DNA from: Planctomycetota bacterium
Lineage (GTDB): Bacteria > Planctomycetota > PLA2 > JAEUHO01
Assembly (NCBI GenBank): GCA_030066775.1
Contig: JASJAY010000003.1
Span: 53 to 64,052 of the forward strand
Direction of reading: 5' to 3'
DNA: 64,000 bases
Part shown: piece after piece, positions 62,819 through 64,000 of the stretch
Layout of the letters: the number at the start of each line of letters is the position of its first letter
Numbering within the stretch: the stretch's first letter is position 1
Made by a program: the position numbers and the translations under genes
Notes under the pieces: generated by a model
The model's database searches: none
What the model saw: the letters and a program-made list of their open reading frames with translations, nothing else
Told to the model about the DNA's origin: nothing

Positions 62819-63597
62819 TGCGCGTTCTCATCACCGGCGCAGCCGATGGCATCGGCAAGGCCCTCCTCGAGCTCTACGTCGCGCGGGGGGCCGAGGTCGT
62901 CGGTGTGGATGTCGACGCGGAACGCGCCGCGCCGCTCGAACACGAGCACGGCGTGACGTTCGAGCTCGTCGACCTTTCGGATCGCGAAGCCGTCGATGCG
63001 CTTGCTGCCAAGCTCGCGGAGGGGGACGCGTTCGACGTCGTGGTCCACAACGCGGGCATCAGCTGCGTCGGGCGCTTCGCCCGCTCGGACCTCGATGCAC
63101 AGCGCGCCGTGCATGCCGTGAACCTCGAAGCGCCGCTCGTGCTCACGGCCGCGCTACTCGGCACGGACCGTGTGCGCGCGGGCGGATCGATCGCGTTCGT
63201 CTCCTCGCTGTCGCATCAGGTCGGCTATCCGGGCGCCGCCGTGTACGCGGCGACGAAGGACGGGCTGGCCTCGTACGCGCGCAGCTTGAGCGTGGCGCTG
63301 GCGCCGAAGCGCATCCATGTGCTGCGCGTGTTCCCGGGGCCGACGCGCACCGTGCACGCCGCGCGCTATGCCCCCAAGGGCAGCGACGCGAGCAAGCGCA
63401 TGCCGCCCGAACGAACCGCGAAGGCGATCGTGCGCGCCATCGACCGCCGCAAGCGCGTCTGTGTACCGGGCTTCGGGACGCGCTTGATCGCCGGACTCGG
63501 ACCGAAGCTGCCGCGGCTGATGGACCGCACGATGCGCAAGGCGATCCTCGAACCCCTCGATCGAGACGCAGCCAGTAAACGTCAGCGGCGGGCGTAG
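62818..63597 (+). CDS. Short-chain dehydrogenase/reductase
   Basis: TGAADGIG, HNAG, YAATK; TGATG coupling with upstream gene. Confidence 0.9.
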   Translation: MRVLITGAADGIGKALLELYVARGAEVVGVDVDAERAAPLEHEHGVTFELVDLSDREAVDALAAKLAEGDAFDVVVHNAGISCVGRFARSDLDAQRAVHAVNLEAPLVLTAALLGTDRVRAGGSIAFVSSLSHQVGYPGAAVYAATKDGLASYARSLSVALAPKRIHVLRVFPGPTRTVHAARYAPKGSDASKRMPPERTAKAIVRAIDRRKRVCVPGFGTRLIAGLGPKLPRLMDRTMRKAILEPLDRDAASKRQRRA

Positions 63598-64000
63598 CAG
63601 GAGCTGCTGCGCGCAGCCGATGCCCATTGCCGGCGCCCGTCGCCGACCAGCTCGACGGCGTCGATCTCGTTCCAGCCGTTGACCTTGTTGGTGTCGAGCG
63701 TGAGGCGCACGGTTCGGATGCGCTCGGCGAGCGACTCGAGCGGCGGCGCGAACCAGCGCGGCGTGCCCGCAGCGCGGGCTTCCCCCTTCCAGAGCGTGAC
63801 GTAGTCACCGCCGGACATGCGCACCTCGACCTTCACGATCGCGCCCGCGTTGAAGGTCTCGTGCACGCGCACCTGCTCCGGCACGACGTCCACGGGGAAG
63901 TCGAGCTCGACCCAGACCATGCCCTCCTGCGCCTTGAGCGATGCCCACGCCGTCTGGTTGTCGCCGCCCACCGGAGTGTCCGGCTCGCCGGTCATCTGCG
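63582..64000 (-). CDS. C-terminal galactose-binding-like beta-sandwich domain, 5' end outside window
   Basis: TGEPDT..GD..TAWA, VHETFNAGA, GWNEIDAVELVG; frame open to window edge. Confidence 0.6.
   Translation of the reverse strand, partial: QMTGEPDTPVGGDNQTAWASLKAQEGMVWVELDFPVDVVPEQVRVHETFNAGAIVKVEVRMSGGDYVTLWKGEARAAGTPRWFAPPLESLAERIRTVRLTLDTNKVNGWNEIDAVELVGDGRRQWASAARSSSCYARR

Overview
High-GC bacterial DNA from a diderm (FadL outer-membrane barrel, lipoproteins). The gene content looks Planctomycetota-like, but that is inference. About 45 densely packed CDSs; no rRNA, tRNA or CRISPR seen. From left to right: a partial lipoprotein animal-type heme peroxidase; a MoxR/DUF58/SpoIIM/RDD operon; an HscC-like Hsp70 with a J-protein; three large carboxypeptidase-regulatory-like repeat proteins around a TlpA; FadL; a hybrid kinase; a 1659-aa membrane protein; a convergent glycine/sarcosine/betaine-reductase cluster (grdC-grdA><grdB-grdE); class I aldolase; lemA-htpX; a serpin divergent from a TPR-CHAT protease; M18 peptidase; an HNH protein; a variant ETF-QO; and transporter/SDR genes. 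grdA and grdB are selenoproteins with in-frame UGA plus SECIS hairpins, which the ORF track splits. The standout is minus-strand 57429..58166: a signal peptide, then Gly-Gly-TGA-TGA-Gly, in frame with a Cys-free thioredoxin-like domain. A SECIS-like hairpin follows in the same register as those of grdA and grdB. This is a candidate exported selenoprotein with two adjacent selenocysteines.
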